The notes: generated from the sequence alone by a model not told the origin. A DNA stretch of 47,552 bases from Candidatus Omnitrophota bacterium (GCA_022013085.1 JAKLQX010000056.1:1-47552); one strand, 5' to 3'. Positions 25,496-35,083 are shown, numbered from the stretch's first letter. Numbers and translations are program-made.

Positions 25496-25814
25496 AAGTT
25501 TTGACGTGCGAAATCGAAATGCACGCAGTTATATTTTTACCCCGGCCGTTAAGAAATAGACAAACAGGTTTGCCTTCTTTATCATTAAGTATCTGAATAT
25601 CCTGCCAGGAAAGCTTATTATCTCCTGCTGCTTTAAAAATTGCTTCTTTAGCGGCAAATCTGCCAGCTAAATGCTGATAAAAGCTTGTTTTGGTTTTAGC
25701 GCTTACCAACTCAGCTTTAGTAAAAATCCGTTTTAGAAAATCATCGCCCCATTTTTCAACTGCCTGCCGTATTCGCCTTACTTCAGTAATATCTACTCCC
25801 GTACCGATAAGCAT
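25458..25814 (-). CDS. acpS: Holo-[acyl-carrier-protein] synthase
   Basis: 118 aa. GTGVDITEVRRI opening. FAAKEA motif. Confidence 0.9.
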   Translation of the reverse strand: MLIGTGVDITEVRRIRQAVEKWGDDFLKRIFTKAELVSAKTKTSFYQHLAGRFAAKEAIFKAAGDNKLSWQDIQILNDKEGKPVCLFLNGRGKNITACISISHVKTYAVANAIVTKKS

Positions 25815-26527
25815 TATCTTATTAGCCCTCGCATCTGCCTAACTGCGTTTGGCAAACCTATATATAACGCTTTGCAAATAATGGAATAACCAATATTAAG
25901 CTCTTCTATGCCTTTAATCTTAGCGATAAGTTTGACGTTACTATAATTTAGCCCATGTCCAGCAAAAACTTTCAGGCCTTTAGCTAAAGCATAGCTAACA
26001 GCGGCCTTAATTTCATTAAGAAACTTTTTCTTTTGTAAATTATTCTTAGCGTTAGCAAAACGGCCAGTATGTAATTCAACTATTTTCGCGCCCACCTGTT
26101 CCGCGGCAGCGATTTGTTTGAAATCAGGGTCTATGAATAAGCTTACAAAAATACCTGCTTTTTTTAACTTTGATAAAGCAGCAGCAATTTTCTTAGCGTT
26201 AGCTATAACATTTAACCCCCCTTCAGTGGTTAACTCTTCTCTTCGCTCTGGTACAAAGGTAGCTTGATAAGGTTTAATCTTACAGGCAATACTTACTATT
26301 TCAGGCGCAATGGACATTTCAAGATTAAGCTTAGTTTTTATTTTTTTTCTTAAAGATTTAATATCTTTGTCTTGGATATGCCTGCGGTCCTTCCTTAAGT
26401 GCGCCACTATGCTGTCTGCTCCCGCAACTTCACATAGATATGCTGCATATACAGGATCAGGCATAGATCCACGCCGCGCCTGGCGTAAAGTTGCTACATG
26501 GTCAATATTTACACCTAGTTTAGGCAT
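25814..26527 (-). CDS. pdxJ: Pyridoxine 5'-phosphate synthase
   Basis: 237 aa. LGVNIDHVATLRQAR opening. HLRKDRRHI. Confidence 0.95.
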   Translation of the reverse strand: MPKLGVNIDHVATLRQARRGSMPDPVYAAYLCEVAGADSIVAHLRKDRRHIQDKDIKSLRKKIKTKLNLEMSIAPEIVSIACKIKPYQATFVPERREELTTEGGLNVIANAKKIAAALSKLKKAGIFVSLFIDPDFKQIAAAEQVGAKIVELHTGRFANAKNNLQKKKFLNEIKAAVSYALAKGLKVFAGHGLNYSNVKLIAKIKGIEELNIGYSIICKALYIGLPNAVRQMRGLIR

Positions 26528-26528
26528 A

Positions 26529-26666
26529 TCAGTAGTAAATTTTCTCTCCTAAAACATAAAACCAAACAGTTATTGCTAAAGCTAAGGAAATGATTTTTAG
26601 CCAAGGATGGTTTGTAACTAAATGCGTTAAACGGTGAAAGATATCTATTTTTCTTTTATTCTTCAT
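26529..26666 (-). CDS. 45-aa small membrane protein resembling only the N-terminal anchor of CdaR/YbbR
   Basis: Below the ORF-track size cutoff. The ATG overlaps the cdaA end. Peptide is MKNKRKIDIFHRLTHLVTNHPWLKIISLALAITVWFYVLGEKIYY. The TGA lies 1 nt before the pdxJ ATG. Confidence 0.45.
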   Translation of the reverse strand: MKNKRKIDIFHRLTHLVTNHPWLKIISLALAITVWFYVLGEKIYY

Positions 26667-27417
26667 TTTCAATCTCAATTAAATGTTTTATTTTTGATTC
26701 CAGCTCTAACTTACTTAAATCTTTATAAAATCTTTTACGATAGATTATAGATATATCGCAGCGTTCTTCGGAAACAACAATTACTATGGCATCTGTTTCT
26801 TCACTTAAGCCTAGCGCGGCACGATGGCGCGTACCAAAAACTCGGCTTAGTTCTTGATTTGTAGTTAGAGGCAGAATACAGCTTGCTGCGGCAATGCGCT
26901 CATCTTGAATTATTAATCCTCCGTCATGTAGTGGATTATTGGGGGTAAAAATTGCTTGTATTAAATTCGCAGATATTCGTGAGTCTACGATCTCGCCACT
27001 TTGGATATAGGAAGCCAACGAGTCATTTTTTTTAATAGCAATTAAACCGCCCAGTTTATTTTTTGCCAGGTTTTCACAAGCTTCTGCAATTTGTTTAATC
27101 GCAAGGCCTGTTTCTTCTTCATTCAAATTGTTTTTAAAAAACTTCCTTTTGCCTAACTGGGCAAGTCCTTGCCTAATTTCGGGATGAAAAATAATTAATA
27201 AAGCGATCACCGAAATCCCAAAAAGTTTTTTCAGCAGCCAGTTTAATACCAGAAAATCAAATTTTTGGAAAATAAAGAATGCAAACACTAAGATAGTTAT
27301 GCCGCGTAATACTTGCAAGGCGCTCCTGCCTTCAAAAAAAAGCATTATCTGGTAGATGACAAACCAAAGAATTACAACCTCGGTCAATATTCTCCAATTT
27401 AGAATTAAATTATGCAT
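26656..27417 (-). CDS. cdaA: Diadenylate cyclase CdaA (membrane-anchored DAC domain)
   Basis: 253 aa. Three N-terminal TM helices. DAC motifs LHDGGLII and GTRHRAALG. Confidence 0.92.
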   Translation of the reverse strand: MHNLILNWRILTEVVILWFVIYQIMLFFEGRSALQVLRGITILVFAFFIFQKFDFLVLNWLLKKLFGISVIALLIIFHPEIRQGLAQLGKRKFFKNNLNEEETGLAIKQIAEACENLAKNKLGGLIAIKKNDSLASYIQSGEIVDSRISANLIQAIFTPNNPLHDGGLIIQDERIAAASCILPLTTNQELSRVFGTRHRAALGLSEETDAIVIVVSEERCDISIIYRKRFYKDLSKLELESKIKHLIEIENEE

Positions 27418-28621
27418 TAATATTTTTTCCTATTGCTTGAACAATTCTAAGTGCCTGGTTAACCTCTAAGACATCATGTACGCGTAATATATGGGCGCCA
27501 CGTTGGGCTGCCACTACGCAAGTTGCCAGTGTGCCTATAGTTCTATTTTGTATATTTGTTCCCAAGATTTTACCGATAAATGATTTTCGTGAAGGCCCTA
27601 GGAGTATCGGTTTGCCTAATATTTTAAAATCAGCCAATTTTTTTAAAATTTGAAGATTATGTTCTAATGTTTTGCCAAATCCGATTCCAGGGTCAACAAC
27701 AATCTTATTTGGTTTTATTCCGTATGATTCTGCGCGCTTTATAGCTTGCTTAAGGTAAGTAGTTACATCATCCATGAAAGATTCGTAGGCAATTACTTTT
27801 TGCATATTCAGAGGTACCCCTAACATATGCATGATTACTACGGCAACGTCATAATCAGCCGCAATACGCATCAGCTGGTTGTTTCTTAGCCCTGAAATGT
27901 CGTTAAGCATTACTGCCCCATTATCAAAAGCAGCTTTAGCAATGAGTACCCTAGTAGTATCAATAGAAATTGGCGCGTTAATTCTCTTTGCCAAAAGTTT
28001 TACCACGGCAATTGTGCGCGACATTTCTTCTTTTATGCTAATACTTTTTGCCCCTGGACGAGTAGATTGTCCGCCAATATCGATTATATCCGCCCCATCC
28101 TTAAGCATTTGTTCTGCTTTTATCAAAGCAAGTTTGCGGTAATCTTTGGATTCTGAATTATATAAACCGTCACCGCTGAATGAATCTGGGGTAATATTGA
28201 TTATCCCCATAATGTGCGTTTTTTCTCTTAGTTTTAAGGAATATTTCCCCAATTTTAAAGTAAAATCATCTAAAGAATAGTTTTTTATATTTTGATCTAG
28301 CTCAGAAGCTAATTTTTGTAAACCAAAAGGCTGAAGTTTTAATTTAGTGCAAAGGCCGTTTAGTTGGTCGGATCGGCCAATTATCAGGCAATCAGTTTTC
28401 TTAAGTTTTCCGCTAAGCGCTCCTTTGGCTAATGCTGCATCTGCCCCCAAAGAAAGCATCTCTTGTTTAATGATATTGGCGGAAATATTTGATATTGAGT
28501 TTAAGTGGATTAAAAATGCTGAGGTTTTAGGCAGCATGATCTTGATCCCGTAAGGATCAACTCCGATATCATGCATAATATTCTCTACTTCTTTTCGGCA
28601 ACTAAATCGGAAGATACGCAT
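27410..28621 (-). CDS. folP: Dihydropteroate synthase with N-terminal extension domain
   Basis: 403 aa. IMGIINITPDSFSGDG. Pterin-binding barrel from about residue 135. Confidence 0.9.
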   Translation of the reverse strand: MRIFRFSCRKEVENIMHDIGVDPYGIKIMLPKTSAFLIHLNSISNISANIIKQEMLSLGADAALAKGALSGKLKKTDCLIIGRSDQLNGLCTKLKLQPFGLQKLASELDQNIKNYSLDDFTLKLGKYSLKLREKTHIMGIINITPDSFSGDGLYNSESKDYRKLALIKAEQMLKDGADIIDIGGQSTRPGAKSISIKEEMSRTIAVVKLLAKRINAPISIDTTRVLIAKAAFDNGAVMLNDISGLRNNQLMRIAADYDVAVVIMHMLGVPLNMQKVIAYESFMDDVTTYLKQAIKRAESYGIKPNKIVVDPGIGFGKTLEHNLQILKKLADFKILGKPILLGPSRKSFIGKILGTNIQNRTIGTLATCVVAAQRGAHILRVHDVLEVNQALRIVQAIGKNINA

Positions 28622-28625
28622 TTAT

Positions 28626-30482
28626 TTAAACCAAATCGCTTTTTTCAATTCCCAGTATACGTTTTACTTCTGTTCCGCTTAAAACCTCTTTTTCCAGCAA
28701 GGAGTCTGAAAGTAGCTTAAGTTTATCTAAGTTGTTTCTTAAGAGGTTTATTGCTTTGTCGTAAGCGTCATGGGTAATCTTTTTTACTTCCTCATCGATA
28801 GTTTGAGCAGTCTGCTCACTATAGTTTCTCTCTTCCATAATGTCGCGTCCTAAAAATACCAAGCCTTCTCTTCTTCCTAAGGTTAGGTTGCCTAGTTTTT
28901 CCGACATTCCGAATTGCGTAACCATACGCCTAGCCATACCGGTAGCTACCTCTAAATCATTTTGCGCTCCAGTAGTAACTTCGTTTAAATTAATTTGTTC
29001 TGAAGCCCGGCCACCTAGTATCATGGTAATCTCTGAGAGTAATTCTTTTTTAGTCCAGTAATGCCTATCTTCTAAGGGAGGGGTAAAGGTATAGCCACCT
29101 GCCAGCCCACGAGGAATAATTGAGACTTTTTTCAAAGGATTGACTTCCGGTAAGAGCAAGGAAAGTAAGGCATGCCCGGATTCATGCAAGGCAGTAATCT
29201 CTTTTTCTTTTTTAGACATAATGTGGCTTTTCTTTTCCGGGCCCATTAGCACTCTTTCAACTGATTTATCTAAGTCTGATTCTTCTACTGCTTCTTTGTT
29301 ATTGCGTGCAGCCATAAGCGCAGCTTCGTTGCATAGATTTGCAAGGTCCGCTCCAGAAAAACCCGGAGTTTGGCTGGCCACAGATTTGAGGTTAACTGAT
29401 TCGGCGAGTTTGATTTTTCGAGTATGTACTTTTAATATTGCTTCGCGTCCCAAAATGTCCGGCAAGCTTACGATAATAGTACGATCAAACCTTCCTGGCC
29501 GCAGGAGTGCGGGATCTAATGTGTCTGGGCGGTTTGTAGCAGCAATTAGAATTAAACCTTGTTGCGCATCAAAACCATCCATCTCAACTAGTAATTGATT
29601 AAGAGTCTGTTCGCGCTCGTCGTTGCCTCCCCCGATTCCTGAAAAACGCAGCCGGCCCACAGCATCAATTTCGTCGATAAAGATTATTGCCCCTTTACCT
29701 GAAACTTTTCCAGCTTTACGGCCTTGGCCAAAGAGGTCTCTTACTCGGCTTGCCCCTACACCTACAAACATTTCTACAAAATCTGAGCCTGATATACTAA
29801 AAAAAGGCACTCCTGCTTCTCCTGCCACTGCTCTGGCAATTAAAGTTTTACCACATCCCGGTGGCCCAATGAGCAGGACACCCTTGGGGATTTTCCCTCC
29901 CAATCTTTGAAATTTTTTAGGATCTTTAAGAAATTCAATAACTTCCGTTAGTTCTTCTTTAGCCTCATCAACTCCGGCAACGTCATTAAAAGTAGTTTTT
30001 TCTGTTTCACCTTGAATTTTTGACTTAACTTTTCCGAAAGTCATGATTTTGTTACCTAATTGCTCACCGCGAGCAGCCATCATCCACCAAAAGAAAATCA
30101 GTAGCAATATTGGGCCTAGATTAAATAACAAAGAAACCCAAAATGTACGCGCGGGTTTAATATCGAAATTTTTTAAATTCTGGCGCATGAGCGTAAGCAT
30201 ATCCGGGTCGCTCTCTGGCATATTTACAAAAAACTTTGTATTATCCGTAAATTCTCCATGCAGGATAGTTTCAGTTTTAGAAACTTGTTTTATTGTGTCA
30301 GGGCTGTTTTTTAAAACAAGGTAAAATTTGCTATACGAAATTTCTTTAGGGATGCCAGTTACGGGTATGCTGTTGAAGGTATTCACCAACATGATAAAAA
30401 TAAAAAAAACCAAAAGCCAACCAAAAGGAAAACGTTTAAATATATTGTTTTTATTTGATTTAGGTTTATTCTCTGGGGTCAT
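28626..30482 (-). CDS. ftsH: ATP-dependent zinc metalloprotease FtsH
   Basis: 618 aa. Walker A GPPGCGKT, second region of homology, HESGHAL zinc motif. Confidence 0.97.
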   Translation of the reverse strand: MTPENKPKSNKNNIFKRFPFGWLLVFFIFIMLVNTFNSIPVTGIPKEISYSKFYLVLKNSPDTIKQVSKTETILHGEFTDNTKFFVNMPESDPDMLTLMRQNLKNFDIKPARTFWVSLLFNLGPILLLIFFWWMMAARGEQLGNKIMTFGKVKSKIQGETEKTTFNDVAGVDEAKEELTEVIEFLKDPKKFQRLGGKIPKGVLLIGPPGCGKTLIARAVAGEAGVPFFSISGSDFVEMFVGVGASRVRDLFGQGRKAGKVSGKGAIIFIDEIDAVGRLRFSGIGGGNDEREQTLNQLLVEMDGFDAQQGLILIAATNRPDTLDPALLRPGRFDRTIIVSLPDILGREAILKVHTRKIKLAESVNLKSVASQTPGFSGADLANLCNEAALMAARNNKEAVEESDLDKSVERVLMGPEKKSHIMSKKEKEITALHESGHALLSLLLPEVNPLKKVSIIPRGLAGGYTFTPPLEDRHYWTKKELLSEITMILGGRASEQINLNEVTTGAQNDLEVATGMARRMVTQFGMSEKLGNLTLGRREGLVFLGRDIMEERNYSEQTAQTIDEEVKKITHDAYDKAINLLRNNLDKLKLLSDSLLEKEVLSGTEVKRILGIEKSDLV

Positions 30483-30531
30483 TTTTAATTCTCCAATTTT
30501 AAATAAATTTTTAAATAAAGTTTAGGTTTTT

Positions 30532-30560
30532 ATTATATCCACAAAAAGATGTAAAATCAA
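30532..30560 (-). promoter_or_regulatory. Sigma70-like promoter upstream of ftsH
   Basis: Minus strand reads TTGATT, 17 nt, TATAAT. Confidence 0.45.
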
Positions 30561-30573
30561 GTAATTTATGGAT

Positions 30574-31536
30574 TTAGCGCCTGTAAAACCGTAAGAAATT
30601 ACGCGCTTTTTGCACGGAGATTCCTTTAGGAAGGTCAACAATAGATTCTTCTGGCCGGTTATTAAGCAGGTCTTCTACTTCCTTGATATGTTTAAAACTT
30701 ATTCTACGCGTGTCTCCTTGGATGTAAGCGATATTTTGCCTAATCTTAAGCCGTAAAATAGCTAGGTGTAATTTTTGGGCCTTTCTTATATTAAGCTTGC
30801 CAACGTCGGTTTTAAGATTATTTTTAGCAACCTGATCTAGGTATTCGTAATCGTACGAAACGCTTTCAGCTAAATTTGCAAGTAACTCCACAATATTTTG
30901 GTTATACGTACGTTTTAACAAAGGAATCAAATTATGCCGTATTTTATTGCGAAAAAATAGATCTTCTCTATTCGTAGGGTCTATGCGCGGTTTCACTTTC
31001 CTTTGTTTTAAAAAACTTTGGATTTCCCGGCGCTTTGTTTCTAAAAGAGGACGAATAAAAGTTACGCCTTTAATTGTTCTAAGTGGAGATATCCCGCTTA
31101 ATCCGCATAAACCAGTTCCTCGTAACAGGCGCATTAATACGGTTTCTGCCTGGTCATCAAGATTATGGCCTAAAGCAACTTTATTAGCTTTAATTTTTTG
31201 GGCAGTTTTAATCAGAAAAATCAGCCTTTTTTCTCTAAGAAACTCCTCTGAAGAACACTTAATGCCTTTTATTTTTGAATCTAACTTTTCTATTTTTATG
31301 GGGATATCAAGCTTATCTGCCCATTGCTTTACAAAAAGCGCATCTGTTTTAGAATCTTTACGCAAGCCATGATCCAAGTGCGCGATATGTAAAGTTAGCC
31401 CAAGGGTATTTCTTAAGCTAGCTAATTTAAACAGCAGCGCAAGCGAATCTGGGCCTCCTGAAACAGCCACCAGGATAATATCTTTTCTTTGGATCAAATT
31501 ATATTTTTTAATTGTTTCCATAGCTTTACTCAGCAT
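30574..31536 (-). CDS. tilS: tRNA(Ile)-lysidine synthetase (short form)
   Basis: 320 aa. PP-loop VAVSGGPDS. Confidence 0.9.
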   Translation of the reverse strand: MLSKAMETIKKYNLIQRKDIILVAVSGGPDSLALLFKLASLRNTLGLTLHIAHLDHGLRKDSKTDALFVKQWADKLDIPIKIEKLDSKIKGIKCSSEEFLREKRLIFLIKTAQKIKANKVALGHNLDDQAETVLMRLLRGTGLCGLSGISPLRTIKGVTFIRPLLETKRREIQSFLKQRKVKPRIDPTNREDLFFRNKIRHNLIPLLKRTYNQNIVELLANLAESVSYDYEYLDQVAKNNLKTDVGKLNIRKAQKLHLAILRLKIRQNIAYIQGDTRRISFKHIKEVEDLLNNRPEESIVDLPKGISVQKARNFLRFYRR

Positions 31537-31602
31537 GGAATTATTTTAACACAAATATAACAAATGTTGACTTTTCTTTTATAAAAGAGTATTTTAAATA
31601 AT

Positions 31603-32874
31603 GTGGCTAGTAAAATAATAACTAAGCAAGAAAAAAAAATTGTTTTCCAGAATTTCATCTCCCTCTCTACTCTCCAGGGTATTAATTACATTCTGCCTTT
31701 AATTGTTCTGCCTTATTTAATCAGAGTGATCGGAATCGAAAAATTTGGTTTGATTGCCTTTGCGCAAGCATTAGTACAATATTTCATGATTTTAACAGAT
31801 TACGGATTTAGCCTATCGGCAACCAGGAAAATTTCATTATGCGCTGACTCCGATAAAAAAATAAGCGCAATTTTTTCTTCAGTAATGACGGTTAAGCTTA
31901 TCTTCGCGTTAATAAGTTTCTTATTACTCTGTGTTATCTTAGCATTAATACCTAAATTCCGAGATGATTGGTTAGTTTATATCCTAAGTTTTGGCGCAGT
32001 TATTGGCAATACATTATTTCCAATTTGGTTTTTTCAAGGCAAAGAAAAAATGAGTTATATAACAAAGGTGAACGTGTTTAGCGGGATTATTTATGCTATT
32101 TGTATTTTTATTTTTATAAATTCTCCCAAAGATTATTTACTAGTACCGCTATTAAATTCGCTTTTATTTATAATCGCTGGAATTCTTGGCCTTTACATTG
32201 CTTTTAGAAGGTTTGAGTTAAAGTTTATTTTGCAGAAATATACTGATATACAAAAAGAGCTTAAAACAGGCTGGGATATTTTTATCTCTGTAGTATCTGT
32301 GAATGCTTATACTACAACTCGGGTTTTTGCAGTAGGCCTGCTTACTAACAATGTGTTCACAGGCTATTATTCTTTGGCTGAAAGAATCGCTAACGTAATT
32401 CAGTCGTTCCCTATGGATTCATTTTCTCAAGCAGTATTCCCAAGGATCAGTAAAGTTTTTGCAAAGAATAAACAGAGAGCAATGGCCATAATGTATAGGA
32501 TTCAGGATAATATAACTCTGGGTTTTGTTATCAGCTTGCCTATTGCCTACTTTCTCTCTCCCTGGATTATCCTATTTGCTTGCGGATATCAATATCAAGA
32601 AGTTATATTTACTTTGAGGCTATTGCTAGGAGCGGTTTTTTTTGTAGGAGCAAATGTTTTTAAGGTGCAATTTCTACTTGTTTGCGGGAAACCAGATCTT
32701 TATGCGAAAATTCATATATTTGCTGCAATTATTGGGTTACCCCTAATATTTTTACTTATAATAAAGTTTTCTTTTCTAGGAGCGGCAATCGCTACGGTGT
32801 TGATTGAAGCCGGGGTATTTATTTGTACTTCCCTTATTATCGATAAACTCGCAAAGAAAATTATAAAAAATTAA
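31603..32874 (+). CDS. Polysaccharide/oligosaccharide flippase (Wzx-like, MOP superfamily)
   Basis: 423 aa with about 12 hydrophobic segments. The N-terminal region is typical of polysaccharide biosynthesis (Wzx) proteins. GTG start. The only plus-strand gene. Confidence 0.75.
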   Translation: MASKIITKQEKKIVFQNFISLSTLQGINYILPLIVLPYLIRVIGIEKFGLIAFAQALVQYFMILTDYGFSLSATRKISLCADSDKKISAIFSSVMTVKLIFALISFLLLCVILALIPKFRDDWLVYILSFGAVIGNTLFPIWFFQGKEKMSYITKVNVFSGIIYAICIFIFINSPKDYLLVPLLNSLLFIIAGILGLYIAFRRFELKFILQKYTDIQKELKTGWDIFISVVSVNAYTTTRVFAVGLLTNNVFTGYYSLAERIANVIQSFPMDSFSQAVFPRISKVFAKNKQRAMAIMYRIQDNITLGFVISLPIAYFLSPWIILFACGYQYQEVIFTLRLLLGAVFFVGANVFKVQFLLVCGKPDLYAKIHIFAAIIGLPLIFLLIIKFSFLGAAIATVLIEAGVFICTSLIIDKLAKKIIKN

Positions 32875-32901
32875 GGCAGGCGTCCTTCACTTCTTTAATT
32901 G

Positions 32902-33183
32902 TCAGCTTCTCTTAGTTTCTATAAACTCCGTACCAATTTCATATCTATCATTAGCAGCATCTTCTCTTACCCAAGCTACTTTGACAAAAGCTCCATAAGG
33001 GTACTTTTTTAATGTGAAATTTACCTTTAGCACGCTCTTCTTTAGGATAAATTCATGGCTATAAAAACATATACCGCCCTGACTGATATTTTTGCCTATA
33101 GAAGTCTTGGTTTTTGGTGCATTTGAAAGTTCGTAAGTTACTCCTGAGGAAAATGGGATACGTGTAAATTTTCTTCGCTCCAT
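32902..33183 (-). CDS. PilZ domain protein
   Basis: 93 aa. RKFTR (RxxxR) and NISQGG (D/NxSxxG) motifs. Confidence 0.85.
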   Translation of the reverse strand: MERRKFTRIPFSSGVTYELSNAPKTKTSIGKNISQGGICFYSHEFILKKSVLKVNFTLKKYPYGAFVKVAWVREDAANDRYEIGTEFIETKRS

Positions 33184-33201
33184 AATATTTAAGGAACTTC
33201 C

Positions 33202-33231
33202 TTTTCGAAAATTGATAGTGGCGGAGAGTGG
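33202..33231 (-). repeat. Distal copy of 30-bp direct repeat (tRNA(CAU) 3' end plus trailer)
   Basis: ttttcgaaaattgatagtggcggagagtgg. 29/30 identical to 33282..33311. Confidence 0.9.
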
Positions 33232-33281
33232 CCCTGCTACGCTTCGCTTCGCAGGACTGCCTTCATAGCTGCATCGCCACT

Positions 33282-33311
33282 TTTTCGTAAATTGATAGTG
33301 GCGGAGAGTGG
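33282..33311 (-). repeat. Proximal copy of 30-bp direct repeat, overlapping the tRNA(CAU) 3' end
   Basis: ttttcgtaaattgatagtggcggagagtgg. Covers the last 13 nt of the tRNA and 17 nt of trailer. Confidence 0.9.
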
Positions 33312-33372
33312 ATTTAAACCACCGACCAAGCGGGTATGAGCCGCGTGCTCTATCAGGCTGAGCTACTCCGCC
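33299..33372 (-). tRNA. tRNA with CAT anticodon (elongator Met or lysidine-dependent Ile2)
   Basis: GGCGGAG-TA-GCTC-AGCCTGATA-GAGC-A-CGCGG-CTCATAC-CCGCT-TGGTC-GGTGG-TTTAAAT-CCACT-CTCCGCC-A. The G1:C72 pair excludes an initiator. The CGCTTGGTCG.TGGTT segment resembles E. coli tRNA-Ile2. Confidence 0.8.
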
Positions 33373-33379
33373 AAATCAA

Positions 33380-34168
33380 CTACTTCCTTCTATAAGCGTC
33401 TAAGAATGAATTACAATAAATATTTTTATTCAAAATTAATTCTGACGTGATTAACGCGTCCATAAGCTCTTTATCTTTCGGATCAAGTATAGCAGAATTT
33501 AACCCGTAAGCAACAGCCATGGTTAAAAATGTACGGTTAATTAAGCTGCGTACATGTGTGCCTTGTGAAATATTGCTTAGCCCAATAATAGTTTTTGGGC
33601 TAGGTTCAGAGATTATCTGAAATTCATGGATCGATTCTAAGATATCTTTAATTTGGGCTTGAGCAACATTAACTGGCAGAACAATCGGATCTAAGTATAA
33701 GTCTTCAATTGCAAATCCATGTTGTTGGCATGCAGTAATAATGGTTGCCGCCAGCTCTAACCTTTGATCTTTGTTTTGAGGAATTCCCTTGGTGTTAATA
33801 GCTATCCCTATTAGTTTAGAATTATATTGTTTAGCTAGCGGGATTAACAAATCAAGTTTTTCTTGATCAGCTGTCGTGGAGTTGATAATTGTTTTGTTTT
33901 TAGAAACTTTTAATCCTTCCTCAATGACTTTATTGTTACTTGAATCTAGGCAAAGCGGTTTATCAGTTACTTCTTGGATTGTTTTGACTAACCAAGGCAT
34001 ATCCGTTAATGGCTGTTTAGAAGCCGGCCCGCAATTAACATCTAAAGCATCAGCTCCGCAGGCAATTTGTTCTAATGCGCATCTTTGCACTTCTTTTTTA
34101 TTATGCTCTTTAATTGCTGCGCCAATATTGGCGTACATTCCATTAATTAATTCACCGATAATAAACAT
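33380..34168 (-). CDS. acsE: Methyltetrahydrofolate:corrinoid/iron-sulfur protein methyltransferase
   Basis: 262 aa pterin-binding barrel. IIGELING opening. Lies directly after acsD. Confidence 0.85.
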   Translation of the reverse strand: MFIIGELINGMYANIGAAIKEHNKKEVQRCALEQIACGADALDVNCGPASKQPLTDMPWLVKTIQEVTDKPLCLDSSNNKVIEEGLKVSKNKTIINSTTADQEKLDLLIPLAKQYNSKLIGIAINTKGIPQNKDQRLELAATIITACQQHGFAIEDLYLDPIVLPVNVAQAQIKDILESIHEFQIISEPSPKTIIGLSNISQGTHVRSLINRTFLTMAVAYGLNSAILDPKDKELMDALITSELILNKNIYCNSFLDAYRRK

Positions 34169-34171
34169 AAG

Positions 34172-35083
34172 TTAATTTTTGAATAACCTCTCAATATAAT
34201 TACTGGTTTTTTCGATTGCATTAGGGTGGCGCATAATTAAAAGATCTGCCCCTGATTGAATAAGGCTGGTTGCGGTAATTGTTTCCCAGATAACCCCCTG
34301 TTGGGGCGAAGTTTTTGCTTCTTTTGTTCTCCAAGCCTCTTGGCCCACAAAACAGATAAAAGGCATAGCTAATGTTTTATCCCCAGATAAAGCTGCTAAA
34401 CGCGCTCTTTCCATAATGGAGTAAGCGTATTCTAGTCCGTAACCCAAAGCACCAATAGTGGGGTTCATCACAATTCGCTCAAGACTCAATCCCATATCAG
34501 AAATCAGGATATTCAATTGTTTAGCGATATTAATATCAATTGGGCTTTCAGCAATAATATTGTGTCCATCCGCAAGAACACTGGCAACTAAAGTTTTGTA
34601 ATTGTTTTGTACAGCGCAACCAATTAGGCAGCGCGTAGCTTTAGCTGCTTCTGAGCAAGCCGGCATAATCAGGTTGTCTTTTGTATCATCTCCACTGCCT
34701 ATAATTATTAAAGGGACTTTTATTTTGCTTAATAGCGTAGAAACGAATTTTGCTGCTTGGCAGGCGGTTTTATTTCCTAGATCAGGATGCGTGCCCTGCA
34801 TTTTCAGGCAGAGTAGCTCAGCCTTATATTCATTCACGCATTTCTCTGCCCAGGCAAAAGGATCATTTAAAACTTTACCATAGGCATTAACCAATTCTTC
34901 CGGCCACTCTTGTGGCGGTATATCCCAGATTTCAAAGGCGATCCTAGGCTTATTCGGGATATTTCCTTCCCGAAATAATAATGGCAGGGTATTCTGTCCA
35001 CCAATGCTTACTTCATTTTTATTGCCAATAGTTACAGTTGAAATTGCACCTGGCCATTTTTCAAGTGCTAGTTGTGAGACCAT
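34172..35083 (-). CDS. acsD: Corrinoid iron-sulfur protein small subunit
   Basis: 303 aa TIM-barrel CdhD/AcsD pattern. Lies in the acsC...acsE context. Confidence 0.8.
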   Translation of the reverse strand: MVSQLALEKWPGAISTVTIGNKNEVSIGGQNTLPLLFREGNIPNKPRIAFEIWDIPPQEWPEELVNAYGKVLNDPFAWAEKCVNEYKAELLCLKMQGTHPDLGNKTACQAAKFVSTLLSKIKVPLIIIGSGDDTKDNLIMPACSEAAKATRCLIGCAVQNNYKTLVASVLADGHNIIAESPIDINIAKQLNILISDMGLSLERIVMNPTIGALGYGLEYAYSIMERARLAALSGDKTLAMPFICFVGQEAWRTKEAKTSPQQGVIWETITATSLIQSGADLLIMRHPNAIEKTSNYIERLFKN

